Positions 7,835 through 16,087 of a stretch of DNA of 56,512 nt are shown here, one piece after another (position 1 is the first letter of the stretch; every line of letters starts with the position of its first letter). The DNA lies in the NCBI GenBank assembly GCA_903925955.1, contig CAIYHO010000279.1, positions 1 to 56,512 of the forward strand, written 5' to 3'. This DNA is from an uncultured Chloroflexota bacterium (lineage in GTDB: Bacteria > Chloroflexota > Limnocylindria > Limnocylindrales > CSP1-4). The translations under genes were made by a program, and so were the position numbers. The notes under the pieces are model-generated. The model was not told where the DNA came from, searched no databases, and saw nothing but the letters and a program-made list of their open reading frames with translations.

Positions 7835-9277
7835 GTGCGAGATCTCACCAGCCGCGCCCTCGACACGGCAACCGCGCTTGGCGCCACGTATGCAGATGTG
7901 CGCGTGGTTCGGCGCCTCGAGGAGTCCATCCAGATCAAGTCCACCAGGGTGGAGGGTGTCAGCGCCGGCGAGACCGAGGGCTTTGGCATCCGTGTCCTCG
8001 TTGACGGCGCCTGGGGGTTTGCGGCAAGCCACAACCTGACCACCGCAGAAGCGGACAGGGTTGCCGGAGAGGCCGTCAGGATTGCCAAGGCCAGCGCCAC
8101 CAGCACACGCCTGCGTGTCACCCTCGACAGCCGCCCGCCCGCCCATGGTCGATACGAGACGCCGTGCGTGGAGGACCCCTTCGCCATCCCGCTGGACCGC
8201 AAGATTGGCGACCTGCTCGAGGCGGACCGCGCGCTCAACAACATCAAGGGCATCGCCTGGTCCGAGAGCATCTACGCCGCCCAGCGCGAGTGGAAGACCT
8301 TTGCCGCAAGCGACGGGTCCTTCACGGAGCAGGTGATCACGCACATCGGCGCGGGGCTTGAGGCCAACGCCATCGACGGCGACGAGCACCAGCGGCGCAG
8401 CTACCCGGACAACGGCGGCCTCTGGGCGTCGGCCGGCTACGAGCACGTCCGCGCTATGCGTCTGGCGGAGAACGCGGAGCGGGCCGCGTCCGAAGCCGTT
8501 GAACTGCTCACCGCGCCGCCGCTCCCCGCGGGCACGCGCACCATCCTGCTGCATCCAAGCCAGCTGTACATGCAGGTCCACGAGAGCTGCGGCCACCCCA
8601 CTGAGCTTGACCGCGCCTTTGGCACCGAAGCCAGCTACGCCGGCACCAGCTTCCTCATGCCCGACATGCTTGACGGCTTCCGTTACGGCTCGGACCTGTG
8701 CGACATCGTGGCCGATGCCACGGTCCCGGCCGGTCTGGGCACGTTTGGCTGGGACGACGAGGGCGTTGCGGCACAGCAGGTTGCGCTGGTCAAAGAGGGC
8801 ATGTTCGTGGGCTACCTGAGCTCCCGTGAGACCGCGCCGCGGATTGGGCGCCAGTCCGGTGGCGCCATGCGGGCCGACGGGTGGAACCGCATTCCCCTGA
8901 TCCGCATGACCAACGTGAACCTGCTGCCGAAGCCCGGCATGAGCTTTGACGACATCGTGGCCGACACCGATGACGGGCTGCTGTTTGAGACAAACCGAAG
9001 CTGGTCCATTGACGACCGGCGCCTGAACTTCCAGTTCGGCACGGAGATCTGCCGCGAGATCAAGGGCGGCAAGGTGGGCAGGCTGTTCCGCAACGGGACC
9101 TACACGGGCATCACGTACGAGCTGTGGCGCTCGATGGACGCCGTGGGCGACGCCTCGTCCTGGCGAATGTGGGGAACGCCCAACTGCGGCAAGGGCGAGC
9201 CACCCCAGACAGGCCACGTGGGCCACGGGGTCAGTGGCGCCAGGTTCCGCAACGTGCGCGTTGGGGTGTCGTCATGA
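7835..9277 (+). CDS. tldD: TldD-family metalloprotease
   Basis: HESCGHPTE (HExxxH) and overall TldD-like sequence. ATGA overlap with the following pmbA. Confidence 0.9.
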   Translation: MRDLTSRALDTATALGATYADVRVVRRLEESIQIKSTRVEGVSAGETEGFGIRVLVDGAWGFAASHNLTTAEADRVAGEAVRIAKASATSTRLRVTLDSRPPAHGRYETPCVEDPFAIPLDRKIGDLLEADRALNNIKGIAWSESIYAAQREWKTFAASDGSFTEQVITHIGAGLEANAIDGDEHQRRSYPDNGGLWASAGYEHVRAMRLAENAERAASEAVELLTAPPLPAGTRTILLHPSQLYMQVHESCGHPTELDRAFGTEASYAGTSFLMPDMLDGFRYGSDLCDIVADATVPAGLGTFGWDDEGVAAQQVALVKEGMFVGYLSSRETAPRIGRQSGGAMRADGWNRIPLIRMTNVNLLPKPGMSFDDIVADTDDGLLFETNRSWSIDDRRLNFQFGTEICREIKGGKVGRLFRNGTYTGITYELWRSMDAVGDASSWRMWGTPNCGKGEPPQTGHVGHGVSGARFRNVRVGVSS

Positions 9278-10665
9278 GCGGCTCGGTTGACGGCGGTCTG
9301 GATCTGCGGGGGGCCGATCCCGAAGGCGCGCTTCGGCTGGCTGAAGAAGTTGTCCGGCTGGCATCGGCTGCTGGGGCTGGCGAAGCCGAAGCGCTGGTCA
9401 TGGCAGGCGACTCGGCGCTGACGCGCTTCGCCAACTCAGAGATCCACCAGAACGTCGCGTCGTCTGAGGTCTACATCAACCTGCGGGTTGCGCAGGGCCG
9501 CCGCGTGGGCGTGGCGTCCACCGGGCGCATCGATGCCGAAGGGCTGCGCGCCGTTGTGGAGCGCGCCGTGGCCATCGCCGGTGCCGTGGAGGAGCTGCCG
9601 GACTGGGCCGGGCTGCCACCCGCCGGTGCGGGGCCTCGCGCGCCGCTGGCCAGTGCCTGGGCAGACGGGACCGCCGGGTTCACGCCTGAGCAGCGGGCCG
9701 AGGGTGCCCGCGCCGTGATTGCCGCAGCCGATGCCGCGGGCGTCACCGCGTTTGGGTCGTTCTCCATGGATGCGGAGGCAATCGCCGTTGCGTCATCAAC
9801 GGGGATCCGGGCCGCTGAGCGGCGGACGTCGTCCCAGCTGCTCACCGTCACCATGGGCCCCGACGGCGGCTCCGGGTACGCCGAGCAGTGCTCCGTAGAC
9901 GCCACGCGGATTGATGCCGCGGCCATCGGTCGTGAAGCTGCGGAGCGCGCGCGCGTCACCGCCAACCCCGTGGACATTGCGCCGGGCGACTACCCGGTGG
10001 TGCTCAACCCGTACGCCGTGAGCGACATCACGGACATGCTGGGGTACCTGGGCTTTTCGGCGCTGGCTGTGGCCGAGGACCGCTCGTTCTTTGAGGCGGG
10101 CCGCCGGGTGGGCTCAGACCTTGTGACCATCACCGACGACGGCACCGACGCCGATGGCTTCCCCGCAGGGTTTGACGCCGAGGGCGTGGCCAAGCAGCGC
10201 CTGGTCCTGCTGGACCGCGGTGTCTGCCGCGACCTGGCGTATGACCAGCAGACCGCGGCGCGCGCCCATCGCGCCTCCACCGGCCACGGCCTGCCCGCGC
10301 CCAACCCGTACGGCCCGTTCCCGACAAACATGGCGATGGCGCCCGGCTCAGCGTCCCTCGAGGAGCTGATCGGCGGCATGGAGCGCGGCCTCCTCGTCAC
10401 CCGCTTCCACTACACCAACCCGGTCCACGGCAAGCGCGTGGTGATCACGGGCATGACCCGCGACGGCACGTTCCTGGTTGAGGGCGGGCGCATCGTGGGC
10501 CCGGTGCGGAACCTGCGGTTCACCATGTCGTACCTCGACGCGCTGGCTGGCGTTGAGGCAGTCAGCCGCGAGCGGCGGTGCATCAAGGGGATGCTCGGCG
10601 GCGCGGTCGTGCCGGCGCTGCGGATCGGCTCGTTCACGTTCACCGGCGCAACGGCGGCCGGCTGA
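9274..10665 (+). CDS. pmbA: PmbA/TldE-family protein (TldD partner)
   Basis: PmbA_TldD-family sequence lacking HExxxH. Start set at ATG 9274, overlapping the tldD stop; the track ORF begins at 9124. Confidence 0.85.
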   Translation: MSGSVDGGLDLRGADPEGALRLAEEVVRLASAAGAGEAEALVMAGDSALTRFANSEIHQNVASSEVYINLRVAQGRRVGVASTGRIDAEGLRAVVERAVAIAGAVEELPDWAGLPPAGAGPRAPLASAWADGTAGFTPEQRAEGARAVIAAADAAGVTAFGSFSMDAEAIAVASSTGIRAAERRTSSQLLTVTMGPDGGSGYAEQCSVDATRIDAAAIGREAAERARVTANPVDIAPGDYPVVLNPYAVSDITDMLGYLGFSALAVAEDRSFFEAGRRVGSDLVTITDDGTDADGFPAGFDAEGVAKQRLVLLDRGVCRDLAYDQQTAARAHRASTGHGLPAPNPYGPFPTNMAMAPGSASLEELIGGMERGLLVTRFHYTNPVHGKRVVITGMTRDGTFLVEGGRIVGPVRNLRFTMSYLDALAGVEAVSRERRCIKGMLGGAVVPALRIGSFTFTGATAAG

Positions 10666-10667
10666 GC

Positions 10668-10955
10668 GTGGGCATCGGGCAGAGCCGCGGCGGCGAGCTT
10701 GCGGTGATGGCGGAGGAGGACGGCACGATCGCCGTGGACGTCGGCTCGCGCTTTGTGGGCGTCAGCGACGACGAGCTGGAGCGCCTGCTGGACAACCTGG
10801 CGGCCGAGGGCGGCTCCGTGCGGCTGTACGGCGGCGCGGCCCGGCCGGACGACGGCGACGAGCCCGAGCGCGAGAACGACCCGGGCACGGGGGCGGCCGG
10901 CTGGGTCATGGCGATGGCGGCCCAGCGCGGGATCAGCGTGACCCGCGAGGCGTAG
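10668..10955 (+). CDS. small acidic hypothetical protein
   Basis: Begins 3 nt after the pmbA stop (GTG 10668; alternative ATG 10707). GC3-rich codons. Its last ~20 codons are duplicated at 12738-12813. Confidence 0.45.
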   Translation: MGIGQSRGGELAVMAEEDGTIAVDVGSRFVGVSDDELERLLDNLAAEGGSVRLYGGAARPDDGDEPERENDPGTGAAGWVMAMAAQRGISVTREA

Positions 10956-10963
10956 CGCAGCGG
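10887..10963 (+). repeat. direct repeat copy A (~76 bp, 3' end of the small ORF)
   Basis: ACGGGGGCGGCCGGCTGGGTCATGGCGATGGCGGCCCAGCGCGGGATCAGCGTGACCCGCGAGGCGTAGCGCAGCGG matches 12738-12813 with about 5 mismatches. Confidence 0.9.
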
Positions 10964-10964
10964 G

Positions 10965-11001
10965 CCGGTGATGGTCCGGACTGAATCTGGGCCATCACCG
11001 G
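10965..11001. terminator. 13-bp-stem hairpin between convergent genes
   Basis: CCGGTGATGGTCC, an 11-nt loop, then GGGCCATCACCGG, immediately after the small ORF stop and before the 3' end of the minus-strand gene at 11054. Confidence 0.5.
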
Positions 11002-11053
11002 TCCGTCGGCCTTGCAGGGAGACCTTGCCCCGTCGGGCGGTAGGGCGAGCGCG

Positions 11054-11419
11054 CTACACGCCACCAACGCCAGATGCTGGCTGAATCACGAACTCCTCAA
11101 CGGTCGTGCCGCCAGCGGCTGGCACGAGAAGGATCCAGTAGGTGATCTGACTTCCCAACTCGGGAATGGGCTGGCCAGGTGTGCGCCACAGGTCCCCGCA
11201 CGCCTGACCCTGTGCATCGGCGGGAGCCACGCAAATCCCGGTGCCCGCGGCGTTGATTGCCTGCACCGTGCCTGTTGCTGCCCCGATCACCTGTGGTTGG
11301 GTGATCTTCGCCGGCGCGAGGAATCTGCTCCCTGCAAGAACGGCGAGCGCGAGCGCCACGCATACAGCAGCGACGGCAAATAGCCGGACCCCTGTTGAGC
11401 GTTGACCTCCTGTCTTCAT
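11054..11419 (-). CDS. small membrane-anchored/secreted hypothetical protein
   Basis: Start trimmed to the ATG at 11419, preceded by GGAGG. N-terminal hydrophobic segment LFAVAAVCVALALAVLAG. Sits in a lower-GC segment. Confidence 0.55.
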   Translation of the reverse strand: MKTGGQRSTGVRLFAVAAVCVALALAVLAGSRFLAPAKITQPQVIGAATGTVQAINAAGTGICVAPADAQGQACGDLWRTPGQPIPELGSQITYWILLVPAAGGTTVEEFVIQPASGVGGV

Positions 11420-11465
11420 GCAGTACCTCCCCGACTCATGCGCGCGGCCGATCCGCACGGGCTCA

Positions 11466-12470
11466 CTACCACGACAGGGAGTAGGTAGAGAAGTGAGACG
11501 TGGTAGTGGCCGCGGGAGGATTCTCGTCTGCCTGCACGCCACCCACTCCGACCGGGTCGTTATCGTGCTCGACGCCACTCCACAGGGCGCCAGACCTCGT
11601 GGCGGCGACATCCCACGGGATCTCCTTTGTGGGGCAGAGACCCCAGGTTTCAGTGATCACGATGGCGCTAAGCGTCACGTTGTTGCAGCCTGATGTCCCA
11701 TAGATCGTGGTGTGGGGCTCCCAGAGATAGACGTTGTTGTGCGAATCGTTCCATGTCAACTTCCATCCGAGCCCCTTCACCCTCACAGGGAACAGACTCG
11801 TGTCGCTCGATGTAGCCGTGACCTGGTACTTGGTCTCAAACCACCAGTCGGTGCCATTTGCGGCGGTCAGATAGATCGTCGAGCAGCCGCGGCCCGTGAT
11901 CTTTCCTGACACATAGGAGAGATTGGCACACTGCGTCTCCCAAGGGACCGTGGACGAGACGGCTGGGGTCGGCTGGCTCGGCGCTGCTGGTACCTTCATA
12001 GAGGCCAATGTCACGTTTGGCGCCGTGGCGCCCGTCGGGCTGTCAAAACTGCCGAAGTCACGCTTGGCGACGGCCGGGTCGACACCGAGGGCGATCAGCG
12101 ACTCGACGGCAGACGCGCCGCGGGACTCATCGGCTCCCAGGACCGACTTGTCAATGGCGGGCGAGGTGATCGTCATGCTGACGGATCCGTGCGGGGCCTC
12201 GCCCTTGACCACGGGTGGTGAATCCACCTGAATGTCGACGACCATACCCGGTCGCCCGATCGTGCTGACCGTCCCGTCCAGGGATTTGAAGGTGGCAACC
12301 ACTCGACCGTCTCCAAGCTCGCGCTGTTCGACAAGCTTGAAGCCGCCATTGCCCGTGACTGAGATGCCAGTCGCCGAACCCACGGCCGCCGGGCTGCTTG
12401 CCTCAGCAGGCAGCGCTGAAACCAGAAGTCCTGCCGCAAGAACGGCCAGAACCGTGCGAGAACGAGACAT
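11466..12470 (-). CDS. secreted hypothetical protein, Trp/Cys-containing C-terminal domain
   Basis: Signal peptide MSRSRTVLAVLAAGLLVSALPAEAS. No family recognised. Visibly lower GC than the flanks. Confidence 0.6.
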   Translation of the reverse strand: MSRSRTVLAVLAAGLLVSALPAEASSPAAVGSATGISVTGNGGFKLVEQRELGDGRVVATFKSLDGTVSTIGRPGMVVDIQVDSPPVVKGEAPHGSVSMTITSPAIDKSVLGADESRGASAVESLIALGVDPAVAKRDFGSFDSPTGATAPNVTLASMKVPAAPSQPTPAVSSTVPWETQCANLSYVSGKITGRGCSTIYLTAANGTDWWFETKYQVTATSSDTSLFPVRVKGLGWKLTWNDSHNNVYLWEPHTTIYGTSGCNNVTLSAIVITETWGLCPTKEIPWDVAATRSGALWSGVEHDNDPVGVGGVQADENPPAATTTSHFSTYSLSW

Positions 12471-12737
12471 ACCTGTCCCCCAGAGTGGTGCAGGGCCGAC
12501 CCCCCCCCAATGGAGGCCGCACTCACTGTGCCTCGATCATGGCGGGCTCGCTCCCCATCACCAGTGCCGCAGCCATAGGCACACGGTACCTTTGGCCCTC
12601 GCCAAGACGTCACGTTGGTGGGCGAGGCCGGCCGCGCTTTGACGTGCTCGCGAAGGTGGACTCGGTGAGCCGCCACCGCCGGCTCGTCGGGGGATGATGG
12701 TTGGCGCGATGGTGTCCGCCCGCGGATCGGCTCACTC

Positions 12738-12813
12738 ACGGGCGCAGCCGGCTGGGGCATGGCGATGGCTGCCCAGCGCGGGATCAGCGTGACCCGCGAG
12801 GCGTAGCGCAGCG
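12738..12813 (+). repeat. direct repeat copy B (start-less 3' gene fragment)
   Basis: Encodes ...GAAGWGMAMAAQRGISVTREA-stop in frame. The frame opens only after a TGA at about 12666 and has no plausible start. Confidence 0.9.
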
Positions 12814-12829
12814 GCGGCTCGGCCATGGG

Positions 12830-12857
12830 TTGACGTCTACCCTGTCTTGGGTAGACT
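12830..12857 (+). promoter_or_regulatory. candidate vapBC promoter with embedded operator palindrome
   Basis: TTGACG (12830-35), a 16-nt spacer, then TAGACT (12852-57). Inverted repeat GTCTACCC-N6-GGGTAGAC (12835-12856). The -10 ends 6 nt before the ATG at 12864, so the mRNA is probably leaderless. Confidence 0.4.
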
Positions 12858-12863
12858 TCTACC

Positions 12864-13121
12864 ATGAGCCTCAACATCAAGAACGAGGAGACGGTGCGCC
12901 TGGTCAGGGAGCTGGCTGATGCGCTGCACGTCTCCATGACCGCCGCCATCACGGACGCGGTGGGGGCGCGCCTGACGCAGCTGCGGGAAGAGCCCAAGCT
13001 CGCGTTTGATGTCGAGCAGGCGCTGGCTGAGTGGGGTGAACTGGGCGATCGGCTGGGGCATGACTACCTGCGCCAGGACTGGGACTCAATCCTGTACGAC
13101 GAGCGGGGGTTGCCGAAGTGA
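12864..13121 (+). CDS. vapB: type II antitoxin, VapB/FitA-like
   Basis: MSLNIKNEETVRLVRELADALHVSMTAAITDAV N-terminus. 4-nt overlap with the PIN toxin gene. Confidence 0.75.
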   Translation: MSLNIKNEETVRLVRELADALHVSMTAAITDAVGARLTQLREEPKLAFDVEQALAEWGELGDRLGHDYLRQDWDSILYDERGLPK

Positions 13122-13564
13122 TCGTCGACACGTCGGTCCTTGCGGCCGTGATGCTGCGCGAGCCGGATGCCAAACAGCTGCTCAAGCTCATGGCAAACGC
13201 ACCAAGCAGGAGGATCTCGGCAGCCAGCTACGTGGAATTGGCCGCCGTCATAGATGGGCGCAGGGATCCCGTGCTCTCCGGGACCATCGACACGCTGTTG
13301 CGCAACCTCCAGATCGAGATCGTCCCGTTCACGCCAGCGCAGGCACGCCTCGCCCGCGTTGCGTATCAGCAGTTTGGACGCGGCTCCGGGCACCCGGCGC
13401 GCCTCAACATGGGTGGCTGCTTTGCATACGCGCTGGCTCGGGACCTGGGCGAGCCGCTGCTGTTCAAGGGCCGGGACTTCGCCCTGACTGACATCGAGCT
13501 GGTCACGGAGCCGGTCAAGGAGCGGCGGCTGTCAGAGGTTCTCGCGGGGTACGCGGCAGGCTGA
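13118..13564 (+). CDS. vapC: PIN-domain toxin VapC
   Basis: MIVDTSVLAAV start (first acidic PIN residue), later ASYVEL and CFAYALA motifs. Paired with the antitoxin. Confidence 0.8.
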   Translation: MIVDTSVLAAVMLREPDAKQLLKLMANAPSRRISAASYVELAAVIDGRRDPVLSGTIDTLLRNLQIEIVPFTPAQARLARVAYQQFGRGSGHPARLNMGGCFAYALARDLGEPLLFKGRDFALTDIELVTEPVKERRLSEVLAGYAAG

Positions 13565-13726
13565 TCGGTGGCACCGATCGATTTCGCGTCCGGGCACCCC
13601 CACTGATCGGTGGCACCGATCAAAACGACGGCACCGGGCCAGTGAGGAGCCAAGTCGGCGGCAGATTGATCGGTGGTGCCGATCACTCGCACCCCTGCCG
13701 CGGAGAATCGATCGGTGGCACCGATC
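13563..13726. repeat. array of four 17-bp palindromes GATCGGTGGCACCGATC
   Basis: Copies at 13563-79, 13605-21, 13668-84 (variant GGTGGTGCC) and 13710-26. Centre-to-centre spacings are 42, 63 and 42 bp. Confidence 0.9.
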
Positions 13727-13813
13727 ACTCGCGACGGCGGGCTGTAACGCTTTGGGCGCGATGGCCGTTGACGCAGCGAGGGGCGGTCGGGCACGATCGG
13801 CCGACGCGGGGGT

Positions 13814-14470
13814 GTGTCCGCACGGGGGAGCAGCGTGGATCTGTACGCCACCAAAGGGGCCATCAACGCAAGGCTGGTGCCGCTGGTTGACCGGCTGGCC
13901 GCCGCGGGCGTGACGCCGGACCAGATCACGCTGGCCGCCGTGCCCGTTGCCCTGATTGGCAGCGTCTGCCTGCTGTTCTCGCCGCAGGCGCCGGCCCTGC
14001 TGCTGGCCATCCCCGCGCTGGCCGGGGTGCGCATCTTGCTGAACCTGCTGGACGGCAACATGGCCCGCCGAACCGGCAAGATCCACCCGCGCGGCGAGCT
14101 GTTCAACGAGCTGGGCGACCGTCTGGCCGACACCGCCTTCCTCGCACCGGTTGCCTTCCTGCCGGGCGCCGACGCCCGCATCGTCCTGCTGGGCGTGCTG
14201 GCCGGGGTCCTTGCCTCGTACACGGGCATCACCGCCAAAGCCGCCGGGGCCGAGCGCCTGTACGGGGGCATCCTCTCAAAGCCCGGGCGCATGGCGCTGC
14301 TGGTGGTGTTCTGTATCTGGGCCTTCATCGCCGGACCTGCGCCGGAGATCTGGACGTTCCTCCCGGCAACGCACCCCACGGTCTGGACATGGTTTGGGCC
14401 AATCCTCCTGCTCGGCACCACCCTCACGCTGCTTGAGCGCATCGTCACGGCAGTGAGGCGTCTGCCGTGA
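13814..14470 (+). CDS. CDP-alcohol phosphatidyltransferase family protein
   Basis: DGNMARRTGKIHPRGELFNELGDRLAD signature in a multi-helix membrane protein. Confidence 0.8.
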   Translation: MSARGSSVDLYATKGAINARLVPLVDRLAAAGVTPDQITLAAVPVALIGSVCLLFSPQAPALLLAIPALAGVRILLNLLDGNMARRTGKIHPRGELFNELGDRLADTAFLAPVAFLPGADARIVLLGVLAGVLASYTGITAKAAGAERLYGGILSKPGRMALLVVFCIWAFIAGPAPEIWTFLPATHPTVWTWFGPILLLGTTLTLLERIVTAVRRLP

Positions 14471-15387
14471 CCATGACGCCCGTGGACGTCGCATCGGCCG
14501 TTCTCCTGGGCGGGTCCGTCTTCGGGATCGTGGCGGCTGGGCTCTTCGCGCTGGCGCGGCGCGGCAAGACCACCGGCCTGACGCCGCGGACGGCGCTCAC
14601 CCGTGCAGGCAGCTACGCCGCACTGGGTGTCCTCTTCCTGATCGCAGCAAGGCTGGGCACGCCTGGGTTGGCCGTCCTGTTTGGCGTCATCGGCGCGGCC
14701 GGGCTGTACGAGTGGGGTCGCCTGTTTGACCTGCCGATGCACCACCGGGTGGCCATCATCGGGGCCAACATCGTCATCATTGGCGCCATCGCCATCGGCG
14801 GCGTTGCAGCGGCCTACTGGCTTGTTGGCGGGCTGGTGCTGGTGGGCGCGCTGTGGCCGGTGATCCGGGCCAACACCGGGCGCGCCATGCGGGATCTGGG
14901 CTTTGACGCTGTTGGCGTGGCGATGATCTCCGTCATGCTGGCCCACGGCGTGGCGCTGGGCGTGGAGCACGGCGAGGCGGGCATTGCGCTGGTGCTGGCG
15001 CTGGCCGTCGCCTGCGCGTTCTCGGACGTGGGCGCGTTTGTGGCCGGCAAGAGCTTCGGCAAGACGCCACTCGCCCCCAGCCTCTCGCCCAACAAGACCC
15101 GCGAGGGCGTGTTCGGCAACATCATCGGCGCAGCCTTTGGCCTGATCCCGTTCCTGCCGGCCATCGTCCCAACATTTGGGGCGCCGTTCTGCGCGGTGCT
15201 GGTGCCGCTGGTGGCGGCGGGCTCCATCTGGGGCGACCTGCTCGAGAGCGCCGCCAAGCGCGAGGCAGGCGTGAAGGACGCGGGCCACTGGCTGCCCGGC
15301 TTTGGCGGGATCCTGGACCGGGTGGACTCGCTGCTGGTGACCGTGGCGCTGGGCTACTGGATCGCGAAGCTGTGGGGAGCGGGGTGA
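14467..15387 (+). CDS. cdsA: phosphatidate cytidylyltransferase (CDP-diglyceride synthase)
   Basis: SPNKTREG and C-terminal LESAAKREAGVKDAGHWLPGFGGILDRVDSLL signature. GTGA overlap with the previous gene. Confidence 0.85.
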   Translation: MTMTPVDVASAVLLGGSVFGIVAAGLFALARRGKTTGLTPRTALTRAGSYAALGVLFLIAARLGTPGLAVLFGVIGAAGLYEWGRLFDLPMHHRVAIIGANIVIIGAIAIGGVAAAYWLVGGLVLVGALWPVIRANTGRAMRDLGFDAVGVAMISVMLAHGVALGVEHGEAGIALVLALAVACAFSDVGAFVAGKSFGKTPLAPSLSPNKTREGVFGNIIGAAFGLIPFLPAIVPTFGAPFCAVLVPLVAAGSIWGDLLESAAKREAGVKDAGHWLPGFGGILDRVDSLLVTVALGYWIAKLWGAG

Positions 15388-15402
15388 CGGGGTGGTGAAG
15401 CC

Positions 15403-16050
15403 ATGAAACCGACGCCGCCAAAGGGCTGGCAATTCTCCAGACCGGCGATTGTCGCCCGCGAGGTCACGGCCCGTCTGGTTGGACCCTTCCTTGGTTACTA
15501 CCTGCGTGGACCCAAGGTGATTGGCGCGGAACACCTGGCAGAGCTTGAGGGTGCCGCGATCATCTGCCCCACGCACGCAAGCCACTTTGACTTCTCCGCC
15601 ATCCGCCTGGCGCTGGGGCCGCGCTACCGGCGCAGGCTCTCGGCATCGGCCGCCGCGGACTACTTCACGGTCAGCCGAACCCGCTGGTTCTTCGCCGCCT
15701 GGCTTGGCTCGTTCGCCTTCCGGCGCCACGGCCGCGGTGATGACTCGTTTGAGGCTGCCGCGGGGCTGCTGGAGCAGGGCTGGAACGTGCTGGTCTTCCC
15801 GGAGGGGACGCGCAGCATGACCGGCACCATCGGCCCGTTCAAGCCGGGCGCCGGACTGCTGGCCACGCTCACAGGTCGGCAGGTGCTGCCCGTTATGATC
15901 GTGGGCATCGCCGCCGTGCTGCCCAAGGGTGCACGCTGGCCGCATCGTGCGCCGGTGGAAGTGCGCTTTGGAGCGCCGCTGCGGGCGCTTCCCGGCGAGC
16001 ACGCTCGCGAATTCACCGCGCGGCTGGAGGCCGCAGTCCACGCCCTGTAG
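15403..16050 (+). CDS. plsC: 1-acyl-sn-glycerol-3-phosphate acyltransferase family
   Basis: HxxxxD box CPTHASHFD and the FPEGTRS motif. Confidence 0.8.
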   Translation: MKPTPPKGWQFSRPAIVAREVTARLVGPFLGYYLRGPKVIGAEHLAELEGAAIICPTHASHFDFSAIRLALGPRYRRRLSASAAADYFTVSRTRWFFAAWLGSFAFRRHGRGDDSFEAAAGLLEQGWNVLVFPEGTRSMTGTIGPFKPGAGLLATLTGRQVLPVMIVGIAAVLPKGARWPHRAPVEVRFGAPLRALPGEHAREFTARLEAAVHAL

Positions 16051-16087
16051 GCAGATACCAAGCACTCAGACACTCAATGGAGCACGC

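Noticed and set aside
12173-12997. 274-aa minus-strand ORF and the 12398-12697(+) ORF spanning the gap between the secreted-protein gene and vapB
   Set aside because: They overlap the signal-peptide gene, the vapB promoter and the repeat remnant in other frames, and the sequences do not look protein-like. The only in-frame meaningful segment here is the start-less copy of the small-ORF 3' end.
13563-13726. Possible CRISPR array
   Set aside because: The repeats are only 17 bp and are perfect palindromes. The spacers are 25-46 bp and of uneven length. There are only four copies, and the window has no cas genes. They are reported instead as a phased palindrome array.
13532-14086. Repeated DRCHRS peptide motif in the minus-strand ORF translation
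   Set aside because: It is a translation artefact of the GATCGGTGGCACCGATC palindromes. The ORF overlaps the real CDP-alcohol transferase gene on the other strand.
13366-16065. 899-aa minus-strand ORF, the longest in the track
   Set aside because: It lies antisense to four well-supported plus-strand genes (vapC end, CDP-alcohol transferase, cdsA, plsC). Its translation is Arg/Ala/Pro/Gly-rich with no recognisable motifs. This is a typical shadow ORF of high-GC DNA.
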